From Asterias rubens (Eukaryota): DNA of 64,000 nt. Below are positions 60,927-64,000 of this stretch, one piece after another (positions within the stretch are counted from its first letter, which is position 1; the number at the start of each line of letters is the position of its first letter). The translations under genes were made by a program, and so were the position numbers. Where the stretch lies: contig NC_047062.1 in assembly GCF_902459465.1 (NCBI RefSeq), forward strand, positions 23,994,001 through 24,058,000. Direction: 5' to 3'. The notes under the pieces are model-generated. The model searched no databases. It was not told where the DNA came from and saw only the letters and a program-made list of their open reading frames with translations.

Positions 60927-63262
60927 CTATATATTGTATATTTCAACGTCCTCCTGGTCCTTTTTCAAATTTATCTTCCGCACCAATCTCTCCAATTCAA
61001 ATAAATGTTGATCAGAAGCTTCAGGTAATAAAGTCCTCACAGCTTCAGCCAAATTCAGTAGATATTCTGTATTCGCTCCGCTCTCCCCAATGGAAGAGCA
61101 TATCTGCAGGGCTATATCCTCCATGGAAGCTGGACCAAGGAAGTTCTGGTTGTCAGGAGTTGCTATGTAAATCATAACCTCAAAGGGCTCATAGGTGCTG
61201 GTATCACGGGGTTGAAAGGTCACAGAGGTAAGTGAGTAGCCGCCTCTTTCTCGGAAGTCTAAGTACTCACGCACCTGAGGGACGTCTTCCTCTGCTATTT
61301 CATATGCTATGCCCCATACTCGTTCCTATAGGGTATAAAATAAAAGTTTCATTAGATCAGGAAAGAACGATATAGCATTGATTAAAAGAATGGTTTAACG
61401 TATTTGATTAGAAATGTCACAAATGGGGTTCTCTGGTAACACATTATTTGAACTTCATAAACCCCAGGTTTTTATGCCCTGTGGTGGCAAAGCAATATCT
61501 CAGGTACTTGGTTTATGGATTGTATTTTTTTAGTGGATTGGTCTTGGGATTAAATCTCCTTTCAAAAATGTAATGCAGAAAGACTAGAAATTTGTGTGTG
61601 GGGGTGGGGGGTAGTTGTAACGTGTATGAGTGTTTTTACCCATTGGTTTTTCCAACCTACATGGCACACTATCTGCAGCACAACATTGTACAACACTGGC
61701 TAAGATTATTTGTGAACAAAAAAACTCTGTTCAGTATACACTCTGTTTTTTCTTGTTTTTATCACAATCTCAACATGCAGCACCCACAGTGAGGTCAAAG
61801 GAAGACCTGGTTGTGAGTTGTGGTACATAGAGTTGTATTCAGTGTTGAAGCTAGACTAGGTTTAGTGGTCGGCTCTAAATCCACCAAGGGCAAGATCAAC
61901 ACACTTAGGCCGTGTCCGAATCGGTGGCTACGGCTGCGGCTACGACCGTTGCCAGGGGTGTTGCTAAGGGCGTCCTATACTTCAATGCATGATGATGCGG
62001 CGATCCGGCCGTAGCCGTAGCTGTAGCTGCCAATTCGGATCTGGCCTTATTCATGTTTTGATATTGTACCATCTTCATTACTATCTGGTGGAAATCTGTT
62101 GTGGGCAGCACATTGTTTTTGCTTAGAGTGCTGGGCGAAATGTTTTAGTTCTGGGAGACCTGCCTGGAACCGTCCGCCATACCTCAAAAAAGGCTTATGG
62201 TGGGCGGTGATACGCGCGCGTCACACGCAGCGACTGATGCCACGCTCACCATGTTTGTGGTCATTAGGTTAACGTGTAAGCGCCGCGTCGCCTAAAATGC
62301 GCACTTCACAGAATAACACACGTTCTATTTCTAGTGCTCAATCACACAAATTTACCCAAACCTTATAATAGTGTTGTTATAGCATTGTGTCCGCCATACC
62401 TCAAAAAGGCTTATGGCTACAATGCTGGTTAATGTTAGGCCGTGTCCGAATTGGCGACTTCGACTAGCTACGGCTAGGGCACGCGCGTCTGCTATTCTTC
62501 AACACTGGCAGACGCGCTGATCTAGCCGTAGCTGTAGCCAAAGTCGCCAATTCGGACACGGCCTCAGGCTCTTCAACTCTATGGTGAGGTTATACACACA
62601 CACAATGTATTTGACCTTGGCAAAATTAGCGGTCTAGGTACATGTATGCAGGGGTTAGGTTCTATTGTTTACCTGAGAGTCTGGCAGCAGCGTAACTACA
62701 CGTCCAGGCTGAAAAAGAAACACACACAAAACATTGTAAGCTAAACTTGAAAATTTACTAATAGAAATAGGGTGGTGTTGAGTGTTTGAACTACAACATA
62801 GAAATTGTTTAGTAGCTGAGGTGACATTGAGGGTCAAACTCATCAAAGACAATAGCCATGTTAAGTGTAACCTTCATTATTTTTAACTTGAAAGTTGAAT
62901 TGAATGGCAGGTACATTTAGTATGTAATTCAAAACTGAATGACCATAAAACTAAGTTGTAGACGTAGGTAGTACCTCCATGGGCTGTTGGCATGGTAGGT
63001 TGGTGCTGTATAAAAATGACGAGTCATCCTCATTTCTCTACCGACTGCGATTGGTCATGGATCCGTGGATCCGTATTGGATGGGATTATTTATATTGTAT
63101 AAACGGCAAAGAAACGAGTGAGCTTACCTTCCTTGGGTTTCCCCTGTGATCTGGGCTTCCTTGCCAAAATCGTCTTGCATATCCATCGATGTATCCTGCT
63201 ACTTTTCGTTGGTAAGGAAAGTTCACTTTCCATATCAATGATCCGTAGCCGAAAGCCCACAT
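60927..63262 (-). CDS. CHAC2: Glutathione-specific gamma-glutamylcyclotransferase, CHAC2-like, 189 aa; exons 63262-63128, 62708-62673, 61325-60927
   Basis: [41 protein letters not shown] (catalytic Glu) and SGANTEYL. Exons are 135, 36 and 399 nt, all phase 0. The short N-terminus favours CHAC2 over CHAC1. Confidence 0.93.
61908..62046. mobile_element. Harbinger-like MITE with TTA target duplication
   Basis: tta-ggccgtgtccgaat ... attcggatctggcc-tta. Confidence 0.8.
62438..62563. mobile_element. Harbinger-like MITE, same family
   Basis: ggccgtgtccgaattggcgactt / aagtcgccaattcggacacggcc perfect TIR; flanks tta and tca. Confidence 0.82.
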
Positions 63263-63443
63263 AACCGTGTCCTTTTTGAGAGTTTTCTGAGGTAGAGTGT
63301 TGTACCAGACTGAAGTGAGCACCAAATTTGGGCCCAACACCAAATTTGGTGATGGCAAAAAAATTTGGTGCTAGCACCAAATTTCGATATAACTGTCGAC
63401 GACCGTCATTACCCGTCGAAGACAGTGCGGAAGGATTGTACAC

Positions 63444-64000
63444 GCGTAAGGTATGGGTAGATTCAAAGCCAAGAGTTCTATCTTAATTGGGCAATATTAT
63501 TAATTTTTATTTCATAAATCTATTCCTCATACCCCTGGCTAAATCAGATTAGCGCCCCAGTGTTTGAAGTCTGCTAATTAGCTTAGCCCAATTAATTTAG
63601 TCAATGAAGAATATACGAATTTTTGTACTGTATGCGCTGTATGCGTAAGGTATGGGCAATTACAAAGCCAAGAGTTCCATCTTAATTGGAAAAATTTATT
63701 AATTTTTAGTTCATAAATCTATTCCTCATACCCCTGGCTATATCAGATTAGCGCCCCAACTTGTTAAGTCTGCTAATTAGCTCAGCCCAATTAATTTAAT
63801 AAGGGAAGAACTTGCTAGTTTTTGTACTTTATACGCTGTTTATATGCTATGCAAAGAACAAGCGTATAGGTACGGGCATATACAAAGCCAAGAGTTCCAT
63901 CTTAATTAGCAAAAATTATTAATTTTTATTTCATAAATCTATTCCTCATACGTCTGGCTATATAAGCCCGGCGCCCCAATGTGTTAAGTCTTCTAATTAG
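63444..64000 (+). repeat. ~200-220-bp tandem repeat, at least 2.6 copies, running off the window end
   Basis: Units begin gcgta.ggta.ggg at 63444, 63643 and ~63862, sharing caaagccaagagtt and cataaatctattcctcatac. Confidence 0.93.

Noticed and set aside
63263-63358. N-terminal extension of CHAC2 suggested by the ORF track
   Set aside because: It depends on a TTG start and runs through the palindrome cluster; the ATG at 63262 matches the conserved MWxFGYGSL start.

Overview
Eukaryotic, AT-rich, intron-containing animal DNA. An echinoderm, probably a sea star, is my inference from gene and repeat style and is not verified. The left ~34 kb is a repeat-dense, rearranged accessory region. It holds palindromic 26-bp minisatellites joined to tRNA-SINE arms, a 2.26-kb tandem duplication, nested TTAA-target (Kolobok-type) MITEs, ~345-bp and ~470-bp tandem repeats, L2 and hAT remnants, and a pair of ~1.44-kb inverted repeats. 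It also holds an intronless C-type-lectin + PAN/Apple gene family in three states: intact (21064-21894), PAN domain disrupted (31212-31963), and truncated by a microhomology deletion (39923-40270). The right half has spliced genes that I reconstructed exon by exon with consistent phases: an SDR9C (RDH/HSD17B6-like) dehydrogenase, a 3-exon gene I do not recognise (168 aa, possibly CUB-like), NAA80 (minus), ARMT1 (plus, head-to-head with NAA80) and CHAC2 (minus). There is no CRISPR array, rRNA or convincing tRNA gene. The best leads are the unrecognised 3-exon gene, the SINE-armed palindromic foldback structure, the inverted repeats bracketing a lectin gene, and the asymmetric evolution of the lectin paralogs. 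All coordinates were read by eye; repeat boundaries are approximate to a few or tens of bases.
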